Shown here: positions 31,275 through 41,246 of the stretch, piece by piece
Numbering within the stretch: the stretch's first letter is position 1
How the letters are laid out: the number at the start of each line of letters is the position of its first letter
DNA from: an uncultured virus (IMG/VR IMGVR_UViG_3300028173_000001)
Taxonomy: Duplodnaviria > Heunggongvirae > Uroviricota > Caudoviricetes
Reading direction: 5' to 3' (one strand)
DNA: 64,000 nucleotides
IMG/VR virus record: IMGVR_UViG_3300028173_000001
Notes under the pieces: model-generated
What the model was told of the DNA's origin: nothing
Seen by the model: the letters and a program-made list of their open reading frames with translations, nothing else
Databases searched by the model: none
Program-made: the position numbers and the translations under genes

Positions 31275-32233
31275 TGGGCTTAGAAATATCAAAAAAGACT
31301 GCTTTATTTGAAGCTGCGTTTGGATCTGGTTACATGGAAACTGGGAAGGTAAACTTCCACGTTTCCTGTCCAAGTTGCAAAGATGGCCGAAAAAATAAGA
31401 AAAAGCTATATATTGAGCTGGCAACCGGCTGGTATCATTGTTGGGTATGCGGCACCTCTGGCAAAAACATCAACTTTTTGTTTCGCAAGTTCGCTAAAAA
31501 TTATGCCCCTCGATGCGCACAATTATTTCATGAAGACCGGTCATATACAGACCAGCAGGCTCTCGAAGAGATCATTCTGCCGCCGGAACTGCCGGAAGAT
31601 TCAGTTTTGTTAATGTCCGCGAAAAATGATCCCGACGCAAATGATGTAAAAAGATACCTAAAAGCCCGTGGCCTGACGAAAATGGATATGTATAGATGGC
31701 GCATATGTGTGTCAAATGAGTTCAAGTTTCGCCGCAAGGCAATCTTCCCGTCATTTACAGCCTCAGGCCAGCTCAACTACTACACGGCGAGGTGCATCGA
31801 TGAAACAAAATTCAAATACAAAAATGCTGACGTGCCGAAACGAACGGTCATTTTTAACGAGTTCGACATCAACTGGGATGAACCGATCATTCTTGTGGAA
31901 GGTGTGTTCGATGCAGTAAAATGTCCGGAGAATACAGTTCCTGTGTTAGGTTCTTCGCTAGCATCAGGCAGTAATTTATTTATGAGGTTGAAGCAACATG
32001 AAAGTACGGTTATCGTGGCGTTTGATGAAGATGCAGAAAGCAGAATTCATGACGTATGTCGCCGTTTATCTCTTGCCGGTTGTTCCGTTTATAACTTAAC
32101 GATCAAGGGTAACGACCTAGGCAGCAGAACGAAAAGCGATGTTCGTGACATTTTGGCGACGACGGCACGGTGGACTCCAGTTTCTTTTCTCAATCACAAG
32201 ATTTCAAAAATCAAGAGCGGTTCTATACTATGA
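31274..32233 (+). CDS. DNA primase (Zn finger + TOPRIM)
   Basis: CPSC, HCWVCG, YLKARG, LVEGVFDA, VAFDEDA. Confidence 0.85.
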   Translation: MGLEISKKTALFEAAFGSGYMETGKVNFHVSCPSCKDGRKNKKKLYIELATGWYHCWVCGTSGKNINFLFRKFAKNYAPRCAQLFHEDRSYTDQQALEEIILPPELPEDSVLLMSAKNDPDANDVKRYLKARGLTKMDMYRWRICVSNEFKFRRKAIFPSFTASGQLNYYTARCIDETKFKYKNADVPKRTVIFNEFDINWDEPIILVEGVFDAVKCPENTVPVLGSSLASGSNLFMRLKQHESTVIVAFDEDAESRIHDVCRRLSLAGCSVYNLTIKGNDLGSRTKSDVRDILATTARWTPVSFLNHKISKIKSGSIL

Positions 32234-32292
32234 CAAAAATTTGCCACATGGCCGATGTCAAGATACTTATATCTGCGAGGTATCTAAAATGA
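32230..32292 (+). pseudogene. Orphaned original 5' end of the Mre11-Rad50 gene (MTKICHMADV + 10 extra aa)
   Basis: ATGA-coupled to the primase stop; first ten codons match the N-terminus found again at 33091. Confidence 0.7.
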
Positions 32293-33098
32293 TAGAATGT
32301 CAGCTATGCCACAAAAAATTTGGAATTATTTCTCCTTCTCACTTGAAGTTTAAACATAATATGGGGGTTGCCGAATATCGGCGATTGTATGGTGATGTCA
32401 TGACAAGTGAAAAGAAGAAAGAAGTGAGCAAAAAAATTAAAGAAAATCACTGGTCAAAAAAACCAAAAGAAGAAACTAAGAAAATTCGAAAAGCTATTTC
32501 GAGTAATGGCAGTCGGGTCATGAAACAAATCAATGAAACCGGTAAGGCGTTTAGGTGGACAAAAAAACACGCAAAAGAGTACTGGACTGACGACAGAAAA
32601 GACAAGCATAGCAGTGCCTGCACCGGGAAAACAGTTTCGAATAAAACAAGGCAACTAATAAAAGAAAACCATTGGTCAAAAAAGAGCGAAAAAGAATTTG
32701 ATGAAATAATTGAGAAGATTTTTATAAAATCCGGTCAAATGAAAAACACAGCAAGAGGCTGGTTTTATTCGAAGAAAGCTGGTGAACGAATGTATTATAT
32801 GTCGTCATACGAACTGCGCAGATTGCGATTTCTTGAATCATGTGATGAAGTTGTTAAGTTTACAACGTCGCACGGCATAAAAATAAAATATAGTCATGAC
32901 GGATCCGAACATATATACATACCGGATATACTAGTAGAAAGCTGTTCCGGAAGTACATGCATTGAAGAAATCAAAGGGTTTATAAGGGACCCAGAAAAAG
33001 TAGATGCAAAAAAAAGAGCTGCAATAGGTTTTTGTAATAACAAGAATTGGACGTATGTTATGATTTTTGAAAATAACCTCGAGGTGTCACATTACTAA
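32289..33098 (+). CDS. Homing-type endonuclease (TnsA-like PD-(D/E)xK domain, N-terminal Zn finger)
   Basis: CQLC..HLKFKH, YMSSYE, IYIPDILV, EEIKG; internal repeat IKENHWSKK twice; AT-rich. Confidence 0.75.
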   Translation: MIECQLCHKKFGIISPSHLKFKHNMGVAEYRRLYGDVMTSEKKKEVSKKIKENHWSKKPKEETKKIRKAISSNGSRVMKQINETGKAFRWTKKHAKEYWTDDRKDKHSSACTGKTVSNKTRQLIKENHWSKKSEKEFDEIIEKIFIKSGQMKNTARGWFYSKKAGERMYYMSSYELRRLRFLESCDEVVKFTTSHGIKIKYSHDGSEHIYIPDILVESCSGSTCIEEIKGFIRDPEKVDAKKRAAIGFCNNKNWTYVMIFENNLEVSHY

Positions 33099-36000
33099 GA
33101 TCTGTCATTTAAGCGATATACACTGGCGCTCTCTTTCTAGGCACGATGAATATCGCACAGCGTTTGAAGACGCATTTTCAAAGTTGCATACTTTGAAACC
33201 AGACATTATTTTCATCGCCGGTGACATCGTTCACTCAAAAACCCAAGGCATTTCCCCTGAACTGATTTCAAATTTGACATGGTGGTTCAACGGTTTGGCT
33301 GAAATAGCAGAGGTCCACGTGACCCTTGGCAACCATGACGGCCTTATTTTGAATCCAGACAGAGAGGATGCAATCTCACCGATCCTCGCTGCAATCGACA
33401 ATCCCAGAATCAAGCTATACAAAAAGTCCGGCACATATCCTATGAATGATGAGTGCAACATTTGTGTTTTTTCATGTTTCGATGAAGCCGGATGGCCGGA
33501 TGTGAAGCCTGAAGAAGGAAAGATCAACATTGCGACGTTCCATGGCGTCGTCCACAATTCGGAAACAGATGCCGCCTGGGCTCTTGAAAGTGATGTCAAT
33601 TTGAAGTTCTTTGAAGGGTATGATTTCGTCATGCTAGGTGACATTCACAAGCAACAGATTCTTGACAAGGCCGGTCGGATCAGATTTAGCGGCAGCGCAA
33701 TTCAACAAAACTACGCCGAGACCCCTGGAAAGGGTTTCCTAATGTGGGACATCAAATCGAAAGATGATTTTGATGTGAAGCATGTCGAGATCAAACATGA
33801 GCATCCATTCGTGACTTTGGATTACGACGATGATCTAGACAAGCTGCAATCTGAAATGGAAGACTATCCATCGTCAGCGCACGTGAGAGTCAAGATTCAG
33901 AGTGCCGCAACCCAAGCCGACATGTCACAAATTCGCGCAGCAATAAAAAGCGTCTCCGGTCCAACCGAAATTGTTTTCAAACGAGAGGTAGATGCTGCAA
34001 CATTAGAACTTTCAGATGAACTCCTTGATGAAACAATAAAACTCGACAGCTTCGACGCGGTAAACAATCTAATCAAAGAGTTCTATGCCAACGCAAAATT
34101 GGACGATGAAACAATAAATGAGATGGCGAAGACCTTATCAGGCGTTTGGAAGTCTGCAAAACTCGCTGATAACTCAACGTCCGGTCGGTGGTCTCTCCGT
34201 CGAATGGAGTTTGATAATATATTCGGGTACGGTGAAGGAAACATTGTAAACTTTGAGTCCGCAAGCGGTATTACGGGCATTTTTGGTAAGAATCGGTCAG
34301 GAAAATCATCTTTGTGTGGTGCAGCAACTTACGCATTATTCAACGGTACAGATCGTGGCGCAATGAAGAACATGCACATTGTGAATGCAAGAAAAGGATA
34401 TTGTGTTGCCAAGGCTCTCATCTCAAAGAAGGGAAAAAACTACCTTGTAGAGCGTCAGACTGTAAAAAAGACGACGAAAAAAGGAGATCACCATGCAGTG
34501 ACCCACCTGAACCTTTTTGAATCCGATGAAACAGGAACACCCCTGAAGGATATTTCTGAGGAGCAACGCAGAGAAACCGAAAAGATATTGCGTGGGCTGG
34601 TTGGAACCTTGGACGACTTCCTTTTGACGACGTTGGCATCCCAAGGCGACATCAATCGTTTTGTGGACCAAGGTTCTGCAACAAGAAAATCAATCCTGGC
34701 TAAATTCCTGAGGCTCGATATCCTTGACACGCTATTTGAATTGGTCAAGCAAGATTTGTCCATCGCAAAGAAAATGCTCAAATCTGCACCTGAACAACAG
34801 TTCGATGCAAAGATTGTTGATAAGACGGCAAAGGTAAAAGCGAGAATCGCGGAGCGTACTGCCGAATCTGACTCCCTTGGAAAGATCACGAGGATTTTGA
34901 ACAACATAAACTCTGCATTGGACTCACAAACAAAAGAAATGTATGTCCAGACTGAAATTGACGATCAGGCTGAGAAAATCAGAAAGGCAAATGAAGATCG
35001 TGACGAGTTTATGGAAACCATGTCTGTCGCTTCACTCGAGCGTGACGTAATCAATGCCACAATTACTGAGATGAAAACCAAGATTCAGGACATCGATTTT
35101 GCCAAACTCAAAAAGAAAAAGGTTGCGATTGTTGATTCTGAGCACGGGATCATTGTGGCAACAGGCGAAATTGAAACAAAGTCGTCCAAGCTTCGGGCAG
35201 ACAAACGAGCTGTAAAAAAGCTAAGCGATGTGCCCTGTGCTGACACTTTTCCGCAATGCAAGTACATAATCAGCGCCAAGAAAGCCGAAAAGAACATGCT
35301 CGAGAAAAAAGATGATTTGCTAGCATCGAAGAAACGAGTCGCCGCATTGAAGTCATCTCTAAAGAAATTACTCAAAGAAAACGTCGATGAGAAATTGGCC
35401 CAGAAACAAGAGCATGATGAAAAACTGTTCTTATTGGCACAAAGCAAGTCAAAACTGAGCATGAAAATACTCGGGTTGGAGAGTCGTATTTCAAACGTCG
35501 AGCGAGATTTAGCCGTTGACAATTCAATGTTGTCACGAATGAAAATCAATCTATGCTCAACTGAAAGTGCCAAGGAACGCAAGATTCTGGTGGCTAAGAA
35601 GAAGCTTGCAACTGAAAAACTGCAAGAGGCAAAGTTACGAATCCAAACCCTGAGTGAACGAATCGGCCTGTTGACATCAGAGGTGAAGCGCCTTCGAACA
35701 GATAAAATCCAATTCGAGAAAAACAACCAACAGGTTCAAATATTGACGCTCTTGGGCAAGGCACTGAGTCGTAATGGAATCCCGCTCCAGATTGTCAAGC
35801 GTAAGTTGCCGGTAATCAATGTCGAGATTGCAAACATCCTCCAGGGGATTACCGGTTTCACTGTTGAGCTGACCGTGGACGATTCGGCAGGTATGGACAT
35901 CATCCTAAACTACGGCGACTCCAAACGAGTGATCGAGTGCTGTAGCGGCATGGAAAAAATGATGTCATCCTTGGCAATTCGTACGGCTTTGGTTCGAGTT

Positions 36001-36219
36001 TCGAGTCTTCCAAAAGCTGATGTCCTGATTATTGATGAAGGGTTTGGTGCTCTCGACGCGACAAATGTAGAAGCCTGTACAACTCTGCTCAGGAGTTTAA
36101 CAAAGACGTTCAGGCTGATTTTAATAATATCACACGTCGACACGGTGAAAGACGTCGTCGACAACATCATTGAGATTTCAACAACCAAGGGCCATGATGC
36201 CCAGGTCAAATTTTTATAG
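33091..36219 (+). CDS. Fused Mre11/SbcD nuclease - Rad50/SbcC ATPase (gp47-gp46-like), probable ATT start
   Basis: SDIH, AGDIVH, GNHD, LGDIH; Walker A GKNRSGKSS, signature CSGMEK, IIDEGFGALD, IISH; long coiled coil. Confidence 0.9.
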   Translation: MTKICHLSDIHWRSLSRHDEYRTAFEDAFSKLHTLKPDIIFIAGDIVHSKTQGISPELISNLTWWFNGLAEIAEVHVTLGNHDGLILNPDREDAISPILAAIDNPRIKLYKKSGTYPMNDECNICVFSCFDEAGWPDVKPEEGKINIATFHGVVHNSETDAAWALESDVNLKFFEGYDFVMLGDIHKQQILDKAGRIRFSGSAIQQNYAETPGKGFLMWDIKSKDDFDVKHVEIKHEHPFVTLDYDDDLDKLQSEMEDYPSSAHVRVKIQSAATQADMSQIRAAIKSVSGPTEIVFKREVDAATLELSDELLDETIKLDSFDAVNNLIKEFYANAKLDDETINEMAKTLSGVWKSAKLADNSTSGRWSLRRMEFDNIFGYGEGNIVNFESASGITGIFGKNRSGKSSLCGAATYALFNGTDRGAMKNMHIVNARKGYCVAKALISKKGKNYLVERQTVKKTTKKGDHHAVTHLNLFESDETGTPLKDISEEQRRETEKILRGLVGTLDDFLLTTLASQGDINRFVDQGSATRKSILAKFLRLDILDTLFELVKQDLSIAKKMLKSAPEQQFDAKIVDKTAKVKARIAERTAESDSLGKITRILNNINSALDSQTKEMYVQTEIDDQAEKIRKANEDRDEFMETMSVASLERDVINATITEMKTKIQDIDFAKLKKKKVAIVDSEHGIIVATGEIETKSSKLRADKRAVKKLSDVPCADTFPQCKYIISAKKAEKNMLEKKDDLLASKKRVAALKSSLKKLLKENVDEKLAQKQEHDEKLFLLAQSKSKLSMKILGLESRISNVERDLAVDNSMLSRMKINLCSTESAKERKILVAKKKLATEKLQEAKLRIQTLSERIGLLTSEVKRLRTDKIQFEKNNQQVQILTLLGKALSRNGIPLQIVKRKLPVINVEIANILQGITGFTVELTVDDSAGMDIILNYGDSKRVIECCSGMEKMMSSLAIRTALVRVSSLPKADVLIIDEGFGALDATNVEACTTLLRSLTKTFRLILIISHVDTVKDVVDNIIEISTTKGHDAQVKFL

Positions 36220-36226
36220 GAAAATA

Positions 36227-37069
36227 ATGCAACAAAATCTAGCAAACAAAAAAGAAGCAATCACCGACATCATTACAGCACCACTTGAGTTTGATGAAGG
36301 GGTTGCATTCTACAACGCCGGGCTGATGAAGCACAGCGTTGCCAAACGACAGGCAGATCAGGAAGGAATCTATGATGGGTTGTTCGGGGCATTTGAGCGT
36401 ACCTGGGGAGCGCTACATAGTTTCAACGCCATGGAAGATCATAAGAATGATGTGATTCTAGAAATGGGCTGCGCGGAAATTCCAATCTAAAACGCATACA
36501 AAATGCAGCGAACATACCCGAACTACATCGGAGTGGACATTAGGCGAGACTATCTCATTTCATCTAAGTTCAAAAACAGAAAAAATGTGTTGGCACTTTG
36601 TGCAGACATCACCAAGCCACTTCCAATCAAGGCAGGAACAATTTCCGCAGTCGTCCTGAGCGAGACTGTGGAACATCTTTCATACGAACAAAACCTGCTA
36701 TTCTTCAAAGAGGCGTTTCGTTTGTTGAAGCCAGGTGGGAAGGTTCTGATCTCGTCGCCTATGAACACAGAAGATCGTGAATTCCACAACGTCGAGAAGG
36801 AAAAGAATCTCGGTCATGTTTTCTTCTGGGCAGCAGAAAAATTTGAAGAAGAGATGCTAAAGCTCGGGTTCAGCGATGTAGATAAGCAATGGGGTTATTC
36901 AATCTCAACGAAGATAAGGGTATCGGAAATCAAGAAAGCCCTTCCACCGGCGGTGGGTAAGTTCATCGAGGATATTAGTAGGATGTACGGTTCTAGAGTC
37001 GCAAGGGCGGTTGCTTTGTCAGCACCAGGTGTTACAAACGGCGGATGTCGTTTTACACTTACAAAATGA
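36227..37069 (+). pseudogene. Class I SAM-dependent methyltransferase interrupted by an in-frame TAA at 36488-36490
   Basis: VILEMGCAE before the stop; YIGVDI, CADIT, ETVEHL, RLLKPGG after it, all in one frame. Confidence 0.7.
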
Positions 37070-37299
37070 AAAAGCAGAATGTGTTCCGTGGCAGTTATCG
37101 TTTAGTCCTGCCAGACATTGTTAGAGTTTATGTTTGTCCCGTTTGCGACCACCTACTTCGCGATGATAAAGATTTCGAATCATATCATGATAAAGACGCA
37201 TGTACCAATTGCGTAGATACTTATTACTACATCAATGCCAAACGGTGGAAAACCGGGTGGCGTCCATGCAGAAATGAGGTAAGAAAAAATGAACTTTAA
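37066..37299 (+). CDS. Small zinc-finger protein
   Basis: CPVC...CTNC, WKTGWRP; ATGA overlap with the upstream gene. Confidence 0.55.
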   Translation: MKKQNVFRGSYRLVLPDIVRVYVCPVCDHLLRDDKDFESYHDKDACTNCVDTYYYINAKRWKTGWRPCRNEVRKNEL

Positions 37300-37663
37300 T
37301 GACGTGAACGTCCTGGGCAATTTGATTGATACGACATTTGGAAAGTCATCTTCACGAGATGGTTCGTATTCTATCAAATGCAAACAGGCCGGCGAGAACT
37401 TAGTGCTAAATTACACGATGATAGTGCACTTTGCAACCGAGAATGCTCTTCGCGAGCAGGTCATTCGATGTACAGATGAGGCAACACAAAGGCTCACCGA
37501 GTACATGACCTTGCTAAAAAAAGAGTTCAAGGCCGAAGCCGGAAGCACCCTAAGTACGACGAAAAGTTCGACGTCAGACAATGTCGAACTGATTTCAGCG
37601 ACATCAAATTCACCCAGAAAAATTGCGTATTACAGAATGACCTGGGTATTGAAGGTTGCATAA
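37289..37663 (+). CDS. Hypothetical protein upstream of terminase
   Basis: GAGG RBS; abuts terminase. Confidence 0.55.
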   Translation: MNFNDVNVLGNLIDTTFGKSSSRDGSYSIKCKQAGENLVLNYTMIVHFATENALREQVIRCTDEATQRLTEYMTLLKKEFKAEAGSTLSTTKSSTSDNVELISATSNSPRKIAYYRMTWVLKVA

Positions 37664-39262
37664 ATGGCTCGCGCCACTGCAACACACGCAAAGGAGATTG
37701 TTCTTTGTGGCCAGGATCCTGTTCATTTCATAAATAAGTATGCGATGATCCAGACGCCTATGAAAGGCACGATCAAGTTTGATACATACGAATTTCAGGA
37801 TGATTGTGTCCAGTCATTCATCGACCATCGATTTAACATCATCGTCAAGGCTCGACAGCTAGGCCTTTCAACGGTCACTGCAATTTATGCAGTTTGGCTG
37901 GCTATTTTTTATCGAGACAAGAACATTCTTGTTATTGCTACGAAGTTAGCAACTGCGCAGAACTTTATCAAAAAGGTGAAGGTTGCCCTCAATGCACTGC
38001 CAAAATGGCTTGTTCTGCCGTCTGTGACAGAAAGAACAAAACAGCTCGTAGCATTCAGTAATGGCTCGCAAATCAAAGCAATTCCAACATCTGAAGATGC
38101 GGGTCGTTCTGAGGCACTGTCGTTACTAATTGTCGACGAAGCTGCATTCATTCGTGATTTTGATACATTGTGGACTGGTCTGTATTTTACGCTGGCAGAA
38201 GGTGGTCGTGCTATTATTATTAGCACTCCGAATGGTACTGGAGGAATGTATCATAAACTAGTCGAAGATGCTGAAGCAGGCACTAGTGAGTTCAATCTTA
38301 CAAAGCTAATGTGGCATGCTCACCCGAAAAGAGACGATGTGTGGCTGGAAAAAGAAGTCAAGAACATGACACCACATGCAATTGCACAGGAACTGATGTG
38401 TGACTTTGCAGGTTCAGGTAACACGTTCGTCACGGCCGACATTATTGAAAGGCTACGGCTGCAAATCGAGCCACCGATCGAAAGATGGGGCGCCAAGAAT
38501 GAAATTTGGCAATGGGCATATCCACAAGTCGGAGAAGAATTCGTAGTGTCGGCTGACGTTTCACGTGGCGACGCAAATGACTATTCATCATTCCAAGTTA
38601 TAAACAAGAACACCGCTGAGCAGGTTTGCGAATATCGAGGGAAAATAAGGCCCGATCAGTTTGGTGTCCTGCTAGACGAGGTCGGTAAGAAGTTCAATAA
38701 CGCTTTAATTTGTCCTGAAAATAACACGTATGGGCAAGGGACAATTCTAAAGCTCGTTGAGCTTGGATATAAGAATCTTCATTTCAAATCGCTAAAAGAC
38801 AAATTCGATTTGATGTACGGTGACCCAACTGAAGTTAGTTTAGGAAAAGTCGGGTTTGTGACGAGTGTCAAGACACGTGGACCAATCCTTAGATTGCTTG
38901 AAGAACGGTTAAGGAATAACACGATCAAGGTTCGTTCATCAAGGCTTGTCGATGAGCTAAAAACATTCGTAATGAAGGGTGATAAGCCCGTCGCGAAGAA
39001 GGGTTCATTCGATGATGTCGTGATGGCTATGGCGATCGGAAACTCGCTTGTAGAGCCTGGCACCGGAAGTGCTGTTAAAAGTCAAGACTCGGCAAAGGGC
39101 ATGCTTGCAGGGTTTGGCGTGAACAAAAGGCATAAAGACACTCAACGTGAGGTTACAAACGTCAATAACGTGAACCCATATATGAATATGCCGAATGGAT
39201 CATATGGCAGCAGAGGTCGACCCGAACATGTCCCAAGCGAATTTTCGTGGGTGCTCGGATAA
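37664..39262 (+). CDS. terL: Terminase large subunit (T4 gp17-like)
   Basis: KARQLGLST Walker A, LLIVDEAAF Walker B, ISTPNG, ADVSRG..DYS, DDVVMA. Confidence 0.93.
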   Translation: MARATATHAKEIVLCGQDPVHFINKYAMIQTPMKGTIKFDTYEFQDDCVQSFIDHRFNIIVKARQLGLSTVTAIYAVWLAIFYRDKNILVIATKLATAQNFIKKVKVALNALPKWLVLPSVTERTKQLVAFSNGSQIKAIPTSEDAGRSEALSLLIVDEAAFIRDFDTLWTGLYFTLAEGGRAIIISTPNGTGGMYHKLVEDAEAGTSEFNLTKLMWHAHPKRDDVWLEKEVKNMTPHAIAQELMCDFAGSGNTFVTADIIERLRLQIEPPIERWGAKNEIWQWAYPQVGEEFVVSADVSRGDANDYSSFQVINKNTAEQVCEYRGKIRPDQFGVLLDEVGKKFNNALICPENNTYGQGTILKLVELGYKNLHFKSLKDKFDLMYGDPTEVSLGKVGFVTSVKTRGPILRLLEERLRNNTIKVRSSRLVDELKTFVMKGDKPVAKKGSFDDVVMAMAIGNSLVEPGTGSAVKSQDSAKGMLAGFGVNKRHKDTQREVTNVNNVNPYMNMPNGSYGSRGRPEHVPSEFSWVLG

Positions 39263-39314
39263 CAAAAGCGAACTTTGTCATATTATATGATGATATTCAT
39301 ACGAACGGAGAAAA

Positions 39315-41246
39315 ATGAGTGAAATCAAAGGGTCGTTATTTACCCGACTAACAAAATTGTTCAGATCAGGTCCGGTCGTTAGACGCCGCGTAAAGAACGT
39401 ATCAGGTCCGAGTTCATCGACATCGCTAGAAACTTTCCGCAAAGTACACAGCAACGTTTATAACAGCACGTTGTCGGCATACGGTTCCTACGACAGAATG
39501 AGCAGATACAGCGATTTCTCAGAAATGGAGGCAACACCAGAGATTGGCTCCGCGCTCGACATCTATGCTGAAGAAACCGCGAGCTGTGACGACAAGGGAA
39601 AGGTCCTCCACATCTATTCTGAGAACAACAGGATTCAGGAAATCCTTGGCGAGCTCTTCTACGATATTCTGAACGTGGATTTCAACTTGACAATGTGGGT
39701 CCGCAATCTCTGCAAGTACGGCGACTTTTTCATTTTCAACGACATTTCTCCAGAATTCGGCATTGTAAATGCATACCCAATTGCAATCAGCGAAATTGAA
39801 AGAGAGGAAGGCTTTGATCCTGAAGATCCAATGGCTGTCCGGTTCCGCTGGATTACACAAGGGAATCAAATCCTCGAAAAATGGCAGGTCTCTCACTTTA
39901 GATTGCTTGGTAATGATGCATTCTTGCCGTACGGTTCGTCTGTCCTAGAGTCAGCGCGTCGTATTTGGCGTCAACTGATTCTCATGGAAGACGCCATGCT
40001 TGTCTACAGGATCATTCGTGCTCCTGAACGCCGAGTTTTCTACATTGATGTGGGTAACATTCCACCGAATGAAATCGAGAACTTCATGGAAGGCGCCGTC
40101 TCGAGCCTGAAGCGCCAGCCTGCAATCGATAAGAATAACGGCAAGATGGATTACCGCTACAACCCATACAGCGTTGATGAGGATTATTTCCTGCCAGTTC
40201 GAGGCCAAGAATCAGGAACAAGGATCGACACCTTAGCCGGAGGTTCCAACGCAGCAGCAATTGAGGATGTTGAATACATCCAGAAGAAACTGTTTTCCGC
40301 ACTGAAAATCCCGAGAGCATATCTTGGATATGATGAGGATGTGGGCTCCAAAGCGACACTGGCAATGGAAGACATCAGGTTTAGTCGTACAATTGCAAAA
40401 ATCCAGAAGACTATCATTGCCGAATTCAATACCCTGGCAATGATTCACCTTTACTGTCACGGGTTTGCCGAGGAAGATTTGGCCGACTTCGATTTGAAAT
40501 TGACAAACCCAAGCTCGGTTGCTCAACAACAGAAGTTAGAGCTGATTCGAACTCGATTTGATATCGCCAATAGCGCTCCAGAAAGTGTTGTTGATAGGAA
40601 TTACGTCAGGCGTGATGTGTTCGGCTTGACACCAACACAAATTGCAGAAATCAAAGCGGGCCGGATTGCAGATAAACTTGAGGATATGGAGGTCGAAGCA
40701 GCTGGCGAACCAGCCGATGATGCACCCGCCGCCGGCGGTGATGAGATGATGGATGACGGTCCGGCAGACAGCGCTGACGACCTATTCGCTGGTGATAAGC
40801 CAGGCGGTTCATTATTAACTGCACTTCCCGGGACGGGAAACGAGTTTGAGCTTGAAAGTGATGAAGACGATGACCGACTGAATTTATCAATTGATGACAT
40901 CGACGCCCCTGAAAAGGCCGCAAAGAAAATCAAAAATGCTTTTGGTGGACCGATCAAGCCAAACAGAAAAGTCAAAGGTGGTGCTGAGCAGACACACATG
41001 CCCGATTTTGGAAAGATGGTGAGTGTAGGTAAAGCAGGGCGTTCACAGGATTCGCTAAATAAACCATTCGATGCAGAGTCGTTGTTCAACCTAGGCGAGT
41101 CCGAAGGAAGAAATTCAATTATGGCACCAAAAATGACACGAAGTTTAGAAAGAATGTTCACGTCAATGGGAAACTCGATAAGTAGTAATAGGACGGAACT
41201 TTTATCTGAAGATCTGTTGAATGAGAATTTGAACACAGGGGATTGA
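39315..41246 (+). CDS. Portal protein (T4 gp20-like)
   Basis: MEDAMLVYRIIRAPERRVFYIDVGN, EDYFLPVRG, IDTLAGG, IEDVEYIQKKLFSALKIP. Confidence 0.93.
   Translation: MSEIKGSLFTRLTKLFRSGPVVRRRVKNVSGPSSSTSLETFRKVHSNVYNSTLSAYGSYDRMSRYSDFSEMEATPEIGSALDIYAEETASCDDKGKVLHIYSENNRIQEILGELFYDILNVDFNLTMWVRNLCKYGDFFIFNDISPEFGIVNAYPIAISEIEREEGFDPEDPMAVRFRWITQGNQILEKWQVSHFRLLGNDAFLPYGSSVLESARRIWRQLILMEDAMLVYRIIRAPERRVFYIDVGNIPPNEIENFMEGAVSSLKRQPAIDKNNGKMDYRYNPYSVDEDYFLPVRGQESGTRIDTLAGGSNAAAIEDVEYIQKKLFSALKIPRAYLGYDEDVGSKATLAMEDIRFSRTIAKIQKTIIAEFNTLAMIHLYCHGFAEEDLADFDLKLTNPSSVAQQQKLELIRTRFDIANSAPESVVDRNYVRRDVFGLTPTQIAEIKAGRIADKLEDMEVEAAGEPADDAPAAGGDEMMDDGPADSADDLFAGDKPGGSLLTALPGTGNEFELESDEDDDRLNLSIDDIDAPEKAAKKIKNAFGGPIKPNRKVKGGAEQTHMPDFGKMVSVGKAGRSQDSLNKPFDAESLFNLGESEGRNSIMAPKMTRSLERMFTSMGNSISSNRTELLSEDLLNENLNTGD

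Noticed and set aside
20489..33120. Group I introns around the endonuclease genes
   Set aside because: The nuclease ORFs fill nearly all of each insert, leaving no evident room for a ribozyme core, and a duplicated N-terminus would be unnecessary with splicing; not formally excluded without a covariance-model search
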